From Octopus vulgaris (lineage: Eukaryota), in NCBI GenBank assembly GCA_951406725.2, contig OX597830.1:35340001-35404000 (forward strand): a stretch of DNA of 64,000 bases, written 5' to 3'. The notes below the pieces were generated by a model. The model saw only the letters and a list, made by a program, of their open reading frames with translations, did not search any database and had not been told where the DNA came from. Both the position numbers and the translations under genes were made by a program. Positions 42,208 to 56,558 of this stretch are shown piece after piece (the stretch's first letter is position 1; every line of letters begins with the position of its first letter).

Positions 42208-42619
42208 TAGCTGTGTGGTAAGTAGTTTGTTTACCAGCCACATGGTTCCTGGTTCAGTTTCACTGCGTGGCACCTTGGGCATGTGTCTTCTACTATAGCT
42301 TCAGACCAACCAATGCTTTGTGAGTGGACTCGGTAGACGTTGTATGTATATAGAAATATATGTGTGTGTGTGTGTGTGTGTTTGTGCGTAAATGTGTTTG
42401 TGTATGTGTTTGTTTGTGTCTGTGTCTACCCCCCACCACCACCACCGCTTGACAACCGATGCTGGTGTGTTTACCTCTCCGTTACTCAGCGGCAAAAGTG
42501 GCCGATAGAATAAGTACTAGGCTTACAAAGAATAAGTTCTTGGGTCGATTTGTTTGACTACAGGCGGTGCTCCAGCATAGCCGCAGTCAAATGACTGACA
42601 CATGTAAAAGAATAAAAGA
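42208..42619 (+). mobile_element. Near full-length family A SINE
   Basis: Head, internal (TG)n and 3' end all present; followed by (AAT)n/(TAG)n. Confidence 0.9.
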
Positions 42620-42648
42620 ATAATAATAATAATTATTATTATTATTAT

Positions 42649-42721
<73 letters not shown>

Positions 42722-43170
42722 TACATATACTTTACTCAATAATGGTATTCTATTCCTCACATATACTAATTTTTGCTTTTCAGCATAGAACATTATACTT
42801 CAACTTGTTTAAAGGAGACTTCTTGATGCATAGTTTCGCATCACGCTGTTTTAGAAATTCTTTAGCCCTCAACGTGTATCTTGAAAGATATCACAGAAAA
42901 TAAGAAACCTAAATTTTGTTGCACGCCTGCTAAAAATTGCAAACCAATTATTCGCAGATCAGAACATATTCCTTAAGCATAAAACAGCAACAACAACAAT
43001 ATATGAAACCATGGAGCAATTTATGATGGCGGAAATTGCTGTGTTGAAAGGCAAAGAATGGTCGGTCGGGAATTCTTTGGCTTGTGTTACTAACCACAGA
43101 AAGATACTTAATACGTGTCACATAGCAAACATAAGGTCCTTGCGGTTATAGCAATATGACTATAGACAAG

Positions 43171-43395
43171 GGCGGCGAGCTGGCAGAATCGTCAGGGCGC
43201 CGAGCGAAATGCTTAACTATATTTCATCTGTCTACGTTCTGAGTTCAAATTCCGCCGAGCTCGTCCTTGCCTTTCATCCTTTCGGGGTCGATTAAATAAA
43301 TACCAGTTACGCATTGGGGTCGATCTAATCGACATAATCCCTTTGTCCTTGATTGTCTTCTTCATGTTTAGCCCCCTGTGGACAAGAACGAGATT
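43171..43395 (+). mobile_element. Full-length family B SINE with 16-bp TSD
   Basis: ggcggcgagctggcagaatcg...; aatatgactata(g/t)aca at 43153-43168 and 43396-43411. Confidence 0.92.
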
Positions 43396-43443
43396 AATAT
43401 GACTATATACAGTGCAGTGAGATTAATATGACTATAGACAGTG

Positions 43444-43777
43444 AACGCGCATGGCTCAGTGGTTAGAGCGTCGAGCTTACGATCGTGAGTTTGTGAGATC
43501 GAATCCCGGACCGGGCTGCGTGTTGTTTTCTTGAGCAAGACACTTTATTTCACGTTGCTCCAGTTCACTCAGCTGTAGAAATGAGTTGCGACGTCACTGG
43601 TGCCAAGCTGTATCAACCTTTACCTTTCCCTTGGATAACGTCAGTGGTGTGGAGAGGGGAGGTTGGTATGCATGGGCGACTGGTAGTCTTCCATAAACAA
43701 ATTTGCCCAGACTTGTACCTGGGAGGGTAACTTTCTAGGTGCAATACCATGGTCTGTGTCGTGACCGAAGGGGTCTC
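43444..43777 (+). mobile_element. tRNA-derived SINE, head H2 + tail T3, 8-bp TSD
   Basis: A box tggctcagtgg; H2 core cttgagcaagacactttatttcacgttgctccag; flanked by agacagtg (43436-43443, 43778-43785). Confidence 0.88.
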
Positions 43778-44200
43778 AGACAGTGCAGCATTACTGAGAA
43801 TGTGACGGGGGGAGGTAACATATTTCGACATCCCTAAAAAGTACATTCTTCTTATGCATTCAAATTAATAAGCCGGTCAGCCATAAACGATATGTCGAGT
43901 AGTAGCGTCTGTATGGCTTATATATGTATATGTTTGTATGTATGCATATATATGTATTTACACATGTATATGTATATGTGCATGTGTGTATAGATATACC
44001 TATTTAAATGATGTGGCACGCTTCAGTTGTCGGAGTGAGTGCAGAGCCCAAGAACAAATCGCACCGCCCTATGTGAGAACTGAAATCACGGTCGTTAGAT
44101 GTTTGTATGCATATGTAGCGATTCGACAGAATTGTTAATATTGAAGTCTATATACATACATATATCTATATCTATATATATATATATATATATATGGAGA

Positions 44201-44234
<34 letters not shown>

Positions 44235-44991
44235 TCTCCATATATATATAGATATATACATATATGTACATTTACATGCATATATACATCCGTACGTACA
44301 TACATATATGCATTCATACACTTTGATATAGTACTTATATTCAAACATACGCATATATACATTTATATATAATACATACACAGAGACACACATATACATA
44401 TACTCTTTTTTTTTTGTCCGTTGTTGTCTACATAAATTTAGTTCAAATCAACATAGTATGGGAGAGTAAGTGTCAGAAATACAAATAAAACATATTACAA
44501 TAAAACTAAAGAAGATCCGAAAAAAAAAAAAGAAATGAGATGAGAAAAAAAACTGCCAAAAAACATGAAAACAAGAACGTATAGGAATAAGAAAAACGAT
44601 GCCAACATAAAGAATTTCGTTCCTTCAACAAAGTACAGAATATGACGTCTGAAACCAATGCAGCAACAACACAAACATCAGCATTCTATAGAGCTTAAGA
44701 ACAAGTGGAGATAATAAGTAATTTATCGTTTTTTTAGCCATTTGTATTTTATCTCTTTTGTTGTTTTTGTTGTTTGGGGTTTTTTTTGTATGTTATTTTT
44801 AATGTTGTGTTTTTCTTTTGTTATTATGATTGCTATTCACTACGTTTACTACATTTTGGTACTTATGGTGAAACATTTATAATGTAGGTGATTATTAACA
44901 CTCAAGAGCGCCCAGCCCACACATATATCCATAGCCCTACATACATATATGCATACAAATATGTAGATATGTAGATAGACATATATACATC

Positions 44992-45040
<49 letters not shown>

Positions 45041-45082
45041 GCATATATATACATATATACACATACATATATACATATGCAT

Positions 45083-45179
<97 letters not shown>

Positions 45180-45355
45180 TTTTATCGATATCTTTTATCG
45201 AATCGCTATGATACATTACACTTAGATGCAACAGCGGGTTACATTAGTGAGCGTAAATATGGCCACGAGCAAGAACGCACATAGACATAAAAAATATAAA
45301 AATAGCTTAAATTTATTTAATTCGCTCACGCATGTATGTGTGTATGTCTGTATAC

Positions 45356-45400
<45 letters not shown>

Positions 45401-46284
45401 TGAAGATATACACAGCGAGAGACGGAGAGGGAGACACAGAGAGAGAGACAGAGAGAGAGACGGAGAGAGACAGAATCAGAGAAAAATGTGTGCATACCTA
45501 TTCTTATATTTTACTACGCATACACAAACATACGCATATATCTGAATATTTAAGATTAGAAACCGCCAGTCGCGACTTCTTTTTGTATGAGCAGCGAATC
45601 CGCAGTTATAAAACTAGCTCCTGAAACCGAAAGCAGGTTATCTAAATGAAGTAGCCTGTAAGTAAAGGACTATACGGTGATGGCAACAAAAAAAAAAATA
45701 CCAGAGAGAATTTCTTGAGATTTAATTTTTTTTTTTGTATTTGAACCACATTGCTTATTAGATGTAAATGTCTGTATTTCTTTTATCCAGTCAAATCACA
45801 TGCTACCAGTTAGTGCATACAGCGATATACCATTTCAACGAATCGTAACTATTGTTTGTATTTGCTCCGGCAACAGTCGCTTGAGATCTGGTAAAAATAG
45901 ACCCAAATCTCACTTACCTGATGGAAAAAGTGATTTTTGTTACGTCGTATTGTAATATTGATCTCTCACCATCTCAGCTATGGATAACGAGACAGAATCT
46001 GCCTTGATCAAGCAGTCATCAATAGTCAACGAATGAGACTGCTGCATGGCTGCACGGTCTGAGCGAGACAACAGGACTTATTTCTTTCGTATGTTCACTT
46101 CAAATTATTCATTTTCTGTAGAGACTTCTTTCCGGTTATACAGAGTAGGAAGGAGCTACGCGTTGATTAAAGAAATTGATATAAAGCTAACACTGATACA
46201 GCTGCGCACCGCAAGAATGATATTCATATAAAGTATTTGCTAAATAAGATTGAAAGATTTATTTTTCCTTTTCACTATAGTTTG

Positions 46285-46315
<31 letters not shown>

Positions 46316-47221
46316 TGTGGCGGTGGTGCTGGTGTTGGTGGTGGTGGTGGTAGTGGTAGTGATAGTGGTGGTGGTGATGGTGGTGGTGGTGGTGGTGGTG
46401 GTGGTGGTATAAATACACTGTATCTTACTTGAATGAAAACTTTTTATGCATAAAAGTGCGTGGTATATATATGTGTGCATATATGTGCGTAGGTGCTTAT
46501 GATACAGAAATTAGTCACCGTTATACAAAAGCCAATGTCACTAACAGATACGCTATCTTTAAGGTAACATGTTACATTCACATGCCATAGGGATGAACAA
46601 CATCGATCAGTACATGGTCAGACCTAATTTGATATGGCGATGGTGATGGTGGGTAAACAGGCATAAAGGAGAGAGTGATGGCGATGGAAAATCAAGAATA
46701 CAGAGAGAGGGGGAGAGAGAGAGAAACAGTGGGTATGGGATGAGAAAGAAAGTGGCTCCTGGTTTCATAATTACTCAAATACATATTTGATGCTTAGAAA
46801 GGTTAACTAGTATGAAAGAAAGGAGCGCAAACAGTGAAGTTGACGGGCTTAATGAACAATAAATGATTTATTGCCTCGATGGTCTTCCTTATAAAAAATG
46901 AATGAGTCTAGGACAACGAGATATTTTGGTTAAAGAATTTTCAACGATTTCTAGATGAGTAAATAGAAATAATTTGGAAATCGAGACCATTTATATTTCA
47001 TATTTTACCTTTTATTTTGTTTTGATTCTTTTTTTTTTGCTTGTATTTTTTGTTTTGTCTTTTTTTTTTTTTTATCGGATTGTCATAATTTTCGCGAGTT
47101 CTCACGAAGTCTCCTGTTGTTAAGCCATCAGTTTCAGGTTTCTGTGTTTCTGCTTAATTCCATTTAGAAATCTAAGTAACCCCACCGATCGTTTTTACTA
47201 TATTTTTTGGTCTTTTTTTTT

Positions 47222-47600
47222 TTATATCAGTCAAGGAAATGCGGCCATGTCGGAGCACCAACATGAATGTTTTAGTCGATCGAATCGACCACAATACATG
47301 TTTTGAACCTTGTACTTACTCTAAAAATTCCCTTCTGCCAGAACAGTAGCAAAATGGTGGTCGACAACAAACCAACAACGGCTTCCATGCAGTCAGAGTG
47401 ATACTTATCAACTCTTATACACATGTATGCATATACTTAAAGCACATACATATTCGAAGCACTTTCGTACATTTTTCTATATTACCAAACCCACTCAAAA
47501 TGCACCGGTCGGCCCAGGGTTACAATTGTCCAAATTAGCATTCTTCGAAACTGAACGCAGAACCATGTAAATTCCTTAACCAGACCATCATGTCTGCACC
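47222..47600 (-). mobile_element. Highly degenerate family A SINE
   Basis: tgcggccatgtcggagcacc...tttagtcgatcgaatcgacc...accaaacccactca...ggtcggccc...agaaccatgt. Confidence 0.6.
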
Positions 47601-47642
47601 TATTTTTTTTTTTTAGTCTGTCTCCTTAAGTACAATGAATTC

Positions 47643-47803
47643 CAGTTCTATAGTTAAGAGATGAGGAATTATGTACATTATTTACATTATTTACATTTGA
47701 CGGATATTAGTCCTCATCGTGATGAAAGCTTGAGGGTATATCAGCCGAAACGTTGTGTTAACAACAAACAAGATGTAAATGTAAATAACGTAAATAATGT
47801 ACA
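47643..47803 (+). mobile_element. Truncated Penelope-type element with inverted 5' arm and partial hammerhead
   Basis: 47643-47718 is the reverse complement of the element 3' end (compare 53674-53770); 47720-47759 is tgatgaaagcttgagggtatatcagccgaaacgttgtgtt. Confidence 0.8.
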
Positions 47804-48094
47804 CTGAATTTGTTTCTCGATTTTTTTGCTCCTGTTCTTTCTGTTGTTGTTTAACTTCAGACCATTACCGATCAAGCAGATCTTTAAAAGCAGACGCAGA
47901 CGCCTTCCATACTAGTTCTGATCGTGTCGATTAAAACCTTTGGTCGTTGTGCCCCAATAAAGCAGTAAGAAATAAAACAGCAAAAGCCTATACATATAAT
48001 CAATGATCTATTTTGTTATCACATTATTTCCGATGTATATTGGTCAGGATATATATATATATCCTTTCTTCGGGATTTAGGAACCAACGAACGA

Positions 48095-49040
48095 GCCTCT
48101 ACCCAGTCGCTTAAATTTGCTAAAAGTAGCAGCTAGATATATCTCAAATTAATCCTGCCGTTTCAGTATGAGTGATGGACATTATGCAGCTTAATACTAG
48201 ATTATTTATATTCGAGGAAAATGAAGGGGTGGTCATGAATGGAATGTTTTTGATTATAAGTTTGCTCTCTTTGGTCTAAACAAGAGCTAAAGCGTCAGTA
48301 GGAAAATGGTGCGAGAGAAACGCAACGCTCAAAGACTTTTGACGTTATTTCTGCTTAATCAAGACGCCTCTGGAGATGAACAACGATAATAAAATTACTA
48401 TGACACTTCAAAATAGGAAGAGGTATTTAGGGAAAAACTTAGCAGTGATAAAAATCCATTTGACTGAAACATTAGGGAACTACTCTGCTTCATAAAACAC
48501 CGTTATTTTTTTCCCTTTACTACTGTGTTTGTTCCATGGAAAATCAACCTACTTAATACCGGATGATATTGATGTAATAAAGTTTTAGGTAGATGGTCCT
48601 GTAGACAAGGAACGAAAACAGTCTTCGGTCTCCAGGATTTGTTTTATATACCAGCAAAACATTTGCGTGCAAGACGTTTTTAGCAAGCCGACGAGTGAGA
48701 CTTCAAATCAGTCGCTTGATTTGGTAGAAACTGCTTCAAAATCGTCTTTTAAGTGATACGTATTACAAACTAAGAATTCATCATACAGTGTAATCCCTGG
48801 TGTACATACAGAAGAGATGGTCATGGATGTATTGATAATCAGTTTGTGATGAATATATTTGCGTGATTAAGGATAAGCCAGGATACAATAAACTTCATAG
48901 ATAAAATCAGAAACAGACTCTTAACGGCCGCTCACAAGTAAGAAATAGCAACAAAATTTCCCATAAATTACAAGTATTAACGTCTTGAAAATGAAGGACA
49001 CATTGAAAATGTTGCAGATTGAATGCATTGGACCTTGGTG
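48095..49040 (+). repeat. Cluster of old unclassified interspersed repeats (family F)
   Basis: Recurring blocks agtcgcttga...gaaatagcagc.aaat.tc.ctcaaat...ggtcatg..tggaatg at 48105, 48710, 48935; also at 34160-34335, 36060-36440, 37360-37600 and 45870-46020. Confidence 0.55.
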
Positions 49041-49504
49041 AATGTCTTTCGTTTAAAAATAACAAGGAGAATCAGAGTGATTGAGAGATAATGAGGAAAG
49101 AGACGATGAAGAGATGGGGTATATGAGAATAAGTGAATGACAAAAAAGACGTGAGAGACAAGGAAAAATAACCGCACTATGGTAACTGTGGAAGAGGGGG
49201 GTGAGCTTGTAATTTGAGACAATAGATACTACGATGGTATCTTTGTATTATGCTTAAATGTATGGTGGAGCAAATGAACGAATGAACGAATTAGTAAATG
49301 AAAAACGATCAAGAATCATAAAGGGAAAATACCGAGAAAGCAAAAGAGAGAAAGAAAAAGACAACGAGAAAGAGAGAGAAGAAAATCAGACATGGCAATT
49401 TTTTTTACTAACCCGTAATTACTAGGTTTGTTCCTTCTATTACAGATAATTCAGAGAGATAATTTATGTGTGTGAGCGTGCGCGTATGTGTGCATCTCTA
49501 CTTA

Positions 49505-49554
<50 letters not shown>

Positions 49555-50099
49555 TATATAAATATATGTGTGTGTGTGTGAACATGTACATATATTCGTT
49601 ATATATGTATATGTTCATCCATATATGTGCGCTTACGTATGTATATTACGTACCTAAGTATGCACGTATAATGTTGATATGATATATGGTATGTATATAG
49701 GTATGTATCTATCTACCAATTTTATTGTATATCATTATATGCATATCTATACATATGCATATATAGTTATATGTATGTATATGTTCATGGAAAGAGAGAG
49801 AGACAGAGATGGGGAAGAGATAGAAGGAGAGACAGAGAGAGAGCAATAAAGCATGCATCCATCATTGTACTGGCAAAAAGAATAAATATACAATATACAC
49901 ACACACACAAAACAAATTAGGTAACAGAAAATAGCAGGAATTTAGTCACGATATTGCCATCTTTTTGGAAATCTAAACCTTCGATGCAAAAGAAAAATTG
50001 CAAAGATCACACGAAGGAAAAAAATTAACTCAGAAATAATGATATATATATATATATAAACCCACACACATACACATATATGTATATATGTATATGTGT

Positions 50100-50162
<63 letters not shown>

Positions 50163-50228
50163 TATATATATATATAAGGCATAGCTACATGAAACATATA
50201 TATATGATTCATATGTTTATCGGTCTAT

Positions 50229-50281
<53 letters not shown>

Positions 50282-50940
50282 TGTGTAAACGTGTATGTAG
50301 ACTGATATATAGATATAGAATAGATATATCGAATGATATTTGCATATTTGCATCAATGTATATGTGTGAGTTTCTATGTCTCTTTAGATATTGGCATACA
50401 CAAACCCTCAGGAATAAACACACACGAATTACACTCAAGCACGCAGACTCGCGCGCTTGCTTATATTCATAGGAAAGACATCCATGCAGTTTAGGTGTTC
50501 ATCATGCTTCCATAAGATGCATTTCCAAACTGTTCTATTCGTAGATACAATAATTGTGTATTTGGAATTTCGAAATACCTTTAAGTTTCTATGATTTCAT
50601 AGGATAATGTTTTCGAGGCGTCTGTTCCTGGAAAGAAATGCAAGTCTCGAGAGTGACAAATTTTCTGGTGTCTGCTGGGAAGACGCTTCTGTGCGCAATC
50701 TGACGTATGAGCGTAAAGCGAAAAATTATGAGATCATTAACCTCTTCAATCGTTAATCTGTTTCAAAATTAATCTCTTTAATCGGTTATCTCACCCCCCC
50801 CCCCAAAAAAAAATACCAGGATAACTCTTAGACTTTCAGAAGCCAATTAAAATTTAGTTTTTATATCAGTGCAATAGGGTTATTCATCCAGAAGCAAGAC
50901 GTCTACAATCGTCAACACCTTCTTATTTAATCGCCTGAAA

Positions 50941-51003
50941 GGCGGCGAGCTGGCAGAAACGTTAGCACGCCGGGCAAAATGCTTAGCAGCATTTCGTCTG
51001 TCC
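50941..51003 (+). mobile_element. Family B SINE 5' fragment
   Basis: ggcggcgagctggcagaaacgttagcacgccgggcaaaatgcttagc. Confidence 0.85.
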
Positions 51004-51010
51004 ATCTCTC

Positions 51011-51097
<87 letters not shown>

Positions 51098-51796
51098 CGT
51101 CTTTCAGACACCGTTTGTTTGTTTCTCCTTTCCTCTCTCTCTCTCTCTCTCCCTCTCCCTCTCTGTCCATCTATTTATCTTTATTCCTCCTTTTTCCTTT
51201 ACTTTTTCCTTCCAGTTACTTATGTCATTAGACTGCGGCCATGCTGGGGCATTGCCTTGAATAATTTTTGTCGACCAAACAGACCCCGTTACTTTTCTTT
51301 TTTTATACAAGCCTGGTACTTACATCGGTCACTTTTCCGATTTGGGCAAGAAACACATACACAAAGGCACTCACAGGGTTTGCCCTGGTCCCATCATAAC
51401 TTGGGGACTTAACCTTCTCTTCACGCCGAGCATCATTGACAGCTATTTTCTTGCTGTTTCTGTAATGATTGTTGCTTTACCCGCGTGAGTGGTTCTTGTG
51501 ACGGGTGGCCATCCCACTGACCACATTCCTCGTTTCGTACCCGAGTTGAGGACCAGTAATGGTGGAGTTAAAAGTTGCAAGCCTTTAAGCACTATAAAGT
51601 TTCGGTACAGTTTCCGGTATAGATACGAGTGATAAGAGGAAGAAAAAATGTAGGAAGTCCTCTTAACTGTCTTCTTGAATGCTCATTCTCAGATACTAAA
51701 CTTCCGGTGAAACATTATTTACATTATTTACATTTGACGGGCATATGGCGTAGTGGTTAAGATTCCGAGTTCGATTCCAAGCAGTGACCTGAATAA

Positions 51797-52353
<557 letters not shown>

Positions 52354-52357
<4 letters not shown>

Positions 52358-52900
52358 GCCCTGATGCAGTACCAGGCAGTATCATGGCTTCTGTCTTAAC
52401 TGATTGTGTTATCATGTACATTGTTTTGTCTTGTATAAAAGATGGGCTACAGCAAATATTCTGCTCAATACCACAGATTTGCTTGTCAGTTGTTTGACCT
52501 TAACCAGTTGAGCAAGTCCCTTTGTGGCTGACGATATGTGCATCTCTGATCACGAGCAAAAGTAGTGGGGAGCATCATAGCCATGTGTTGAGAGGGATGC
52601 TTTGGGGTTTGAATAGTTCACCTCTGGAAACATGGGTGGTTCTTTCAACATCCTTAAACAACCCTTATTCGGGGACCGTTTGAGCGGGATGGGCTACTCA
52701 ACCTGAAGAAAATTGTAACTGGGCCCCACCTGCAAGGTCATGTGCTGTTTATCTTGATATGAAATCACCATGTCGCGCACATATGGTTGTGATACATGTG
52801 CCTGGTGTACCTTTATCAGACGGGTAGTCATGATGGGTATATTGGGCTTCGTATATTTTACCCCAGTGTCACTTTGATGGCATGAACTGCTCTCTCACTC
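52354..52900. mobile_element. Family E element, apparently complete
   Basis: aaatgccctgatgcagtacc...cactttgatggcatgaactgctctctcactc with (AAT)n on both sides. Confidence 0.9.
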
Positions 52901-53571
<671 letters not shown>

Positions 53572-53618
53572 TCGAAATATACCTTAGGAATGAGAAGCCA
53601 GGTTCGAAATTTCCCCAA

Positions 53619-53664
53619 GACACCTGATGAAGGCTGGAGGTTATATCAGCCGAAACATTGTGTT
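53619..53664 (+). ncRNA. Minimal type I hammerhead ribozyme motif, canonical CUGAUGA core
   Basis: GACAC-CUGAUGA-A-GGCUG(gagguuauau)CAGCC-GAAA-C-AUU-GUGUU: stem I GACAC/GUGUU, stem II GGCUG/CAGCC; the paralog at 47747 has the palindromic GAAACGUU, so this copy likely carries a G>A change. Confidence 0.75.
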
Positions 53665-53827
53665 AACAACAAACAAGATGGGGACAAATATCCGTCAAAT
53701 GTAAATAATGTAAATAATGCATATAATGTAAATAATGTATATAATTCCTCATCTCTTAAATATAGAACTGCAGTTTGGTGAAACGCTTTCAAGTATTATC
53801 ATGTTACATTATAATTCTTTTAACTAG

Positions 53828-53996
53828 GGCGGGGAGCTGGCAGAAATGCTTTGCGGCGCTTCGTCCGTCTATTCGTTCTGAGATCAAATTCCACCGAAGT
53901 CAATTTTGACATTCGGGGTCGAGTAAATAAGTACCAGCTACGTACTGATATTGATGCCATCGACTTAACCCCTTCCCCCAAATTTGAGACTTTGTG
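53828..53996 (+). mobile_element. Degenerate family B SINE
   Basis: ggcggggagctggcagaaatgc...ttcggggtcgagtaaataagtaccag. Confidence 0.8.
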
Positions 53997-54202
53997 CGTT
54001 CTAGTTTGGTGATGGTGGGGTCGAGACAAGGCACGGCGGTCAGACGGTAATCGATGACGGATGCGATGTACGCGCTCGCCACCTCCGCACAACCAATTAG
54101 AGATAGCTTCCTCTCAGCCCATTGCTGGGTGAGAGTGGCCACCCTAGTCGTTATTTCGCCCCAATTCTTCTCCATTTGGAGTTCCGGACCGAACCAGATG
54201 TC
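53997..54202 (-). pseudogene. L1/Tx1-clade LINE ORF2 fragment (post-RT region)
   Basis: IWFGPELQMEKNWGEITTRVATLTQQWAERKLSLIGCAEVASAYIASVIDYRLTAVPCLDPTITKLER matches the NW...W..R.LSL.GR motif downstream of RT in L1/Tx1 elements. Confidence 0.78.
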
Positions 54203-54450
54203 TCGTTTCTCTGTTTTCTTCGTTCTTCGGAAAAAAGTTTGTTTCTATGTTTTTTTTTCTTATGTTTTCGTTTATCATTATGTTCAACGCTTTTTTTTAT
54301 GTCCTGAACCCATAAATGCATGTATAAATACATATATATGTAGGTATATGCATATATGTGTATATGCATATATTTATATGTTATTTACATTATTATATGA
54401 TCGAATGCCACGAATCCTTTTCCAAGTAAGTTTTATATATATATGTGTGC

Positions 54451-54497
<47 letters not shown>

Positions 54498-55170
54498 GCA
54501 ACATGGGATAAGAACGCAAAATATCCACACAGTTAGGTGATACAAAAAAGAGGGACAACAAAACATCCACATAGACGATACAAAGAAAACAAGGACGGGT
54601 CATTCGAAGTTTTCTTTCCTTAGTCGAGTTCCAGATTATCTTTGCAATTTCGGTTTGTTAAACTCGAGATTGCTCCAATATTACCAGCACCAAAGAAAAA
54701 ACAAAGCTAAGAGCATTAGATTCCTTTGAAAAAAGCAGCGTATACGAAAACAAGAACTGAAAAAACGGAGAATGTTACACGAATACAAATAACAGGACAT
54801 AACAACAGGTGTCCTTCGACTAAGGACGAATTAAATTAAGCTGGCGTGTGTGGATGTAAAGCCTGACGGCAGGGGTACAAGATTTCACAGGCACAAGGAG
54901 GAATGTAGATATTGCACGGACAGCGGCGGAACCAAGAAAGTTTAGCTTGGCCGAACACCGGTCACATGGGGAGAGAAGAGAGAAAGAGAGAGAGAAGTAG
55001 AGGCAGAGGGACAGAAGAAAAGAGGAGGGGCGAGAAAAAATGACAGGGACACAGTGAAGTGAAAAGAAGAGGGAAAGTGAGCATGAAGGGAAGGCAAGAA
55101 AATGTGACAGAGGGGGAACGAAAGAACGAAGTATGGAATGAACGAAGTAAGCGTGAAAGGGCTGATAGAA

Positions 55171-55198
<28 letters not shown>

Positions 55199-55203
<5 letters not shown>

Positions 55204-55318
55204 TTTCTGTAGAAGAGCGTAGGCTCGAAACGTAAAATACTTTTTCTATTCCTGAGCATTAATCTAATACATCTGTTTGTTTTGTACACCCGTCTTCGTC
55301 TTTTGTTTTTTTTTTCGT

Positions 55319-55324
<6 letters not shown>
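55199..55324 (+). mobile_element. Penelope-like non-autonomous repeat (family H) with hammerhead-like motif, core CUGUAGA
   Basis: UUU-CUGUAGA-A-GAGC(GUAG)GCUC-GAAA-C-GUA-AAA at 55204-55237; homologous to 60160-60360; sits between (TA)n tracts. Confidence 0.65.
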
Positions 55325-55402
<78 letters not shown>

Positions 55403-55405
55403 AAC

Positions 55406-55437
<32 letters not shown>

Positions 55438-56558
55438 GGTTGTGTGCGTGTATTTGTGTATTTGTGTGTGTGTGTTTGTGTGTGAGTGTGTGTGTGTGTG
55501 TGTGTAGCACATAAGCATAACGAATTTCTGTTTTTAATGCCGTTGTTGTGTTATATATTAATGAAACGTGTATGTGTGTATGTGCGCCTGCCCGTGCGGG
55601 TGTTAGTGTGTTTGCGTGTATAAACCCACAGAATAACAAACTTTCTTCAGCTTAATTGTCGCACGTCCCTTGGCAACACCTCATACAGGTGATATACATA
55701 CACATAAACATATACCTACATTCGTATATGCATACACACGTTCATAAGTGCGTAGGTATGTACGTATATTGGAGACACAGGCAAGGAAGGTGTCGCCAAA
55801 AGAAACGTGCAACAATTAAGTCCAAGGTGACTGGGCGCTGAAAAAAAATTATCTAACGTATAGACACAACTTAAGGCCCGTCACGAGATTCGTCCCCAAC
55901 ACTAACACACGTATACACATTCACACCCACACACACGCACACACACGCACACACACACACATACATACAAGCATAGACTTACACACACATACACACACGC
56001 ACTCACGTAGACATATACTCACACCGCACATCTACCATTTTACTAATGTCCAATATATTAATGAAGACGTATGACTATATCACGTGTGTCTAACTAATAT
56101 CCGTTGATTTTCTTCTATAATTTCTAAATTTCCAGAATATTTTTCTCACCAATTCTCTCCATTTGCTAAATACAATAGATAAATGTAACAATTCTTGGTT
56201 TCGTGTTTTGTACAGACAATATTTGTGGCGTTTGTTATTTATTTTATATATTGTTCTCTGTTTTGTGAGGTTTTCTTGTTTTATTTTTTGTGAGTTTTTT
56301 TTTTTACACTTTTTTCGATCTTCTGATATATTTATTCATGTGGAGTTAGGAACCGTTTTTCGTGATCTATCACCTATTTTTTCCCAGAGTCTCAACGCTT
56401 CTTAGTCTGTCCGTCCTTATCATTCACTCTGTATTCTTCATCTTTACCACACAATATCTATTGTACGAGTCTATTTATGTATGTCTATATATTTACTAAT
56501 CGATATATTCCCACACACATATATATGTATGTCTGCATGTATGAACGTACGTATGTAT

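Noticed and set aside
50729-50750. bantam-like seed tgagatcatt (and miR-31-like aggcaagatg near 59415)
   Set aside because: Only the first ~10 nt match and no precursor hairpin is evident.
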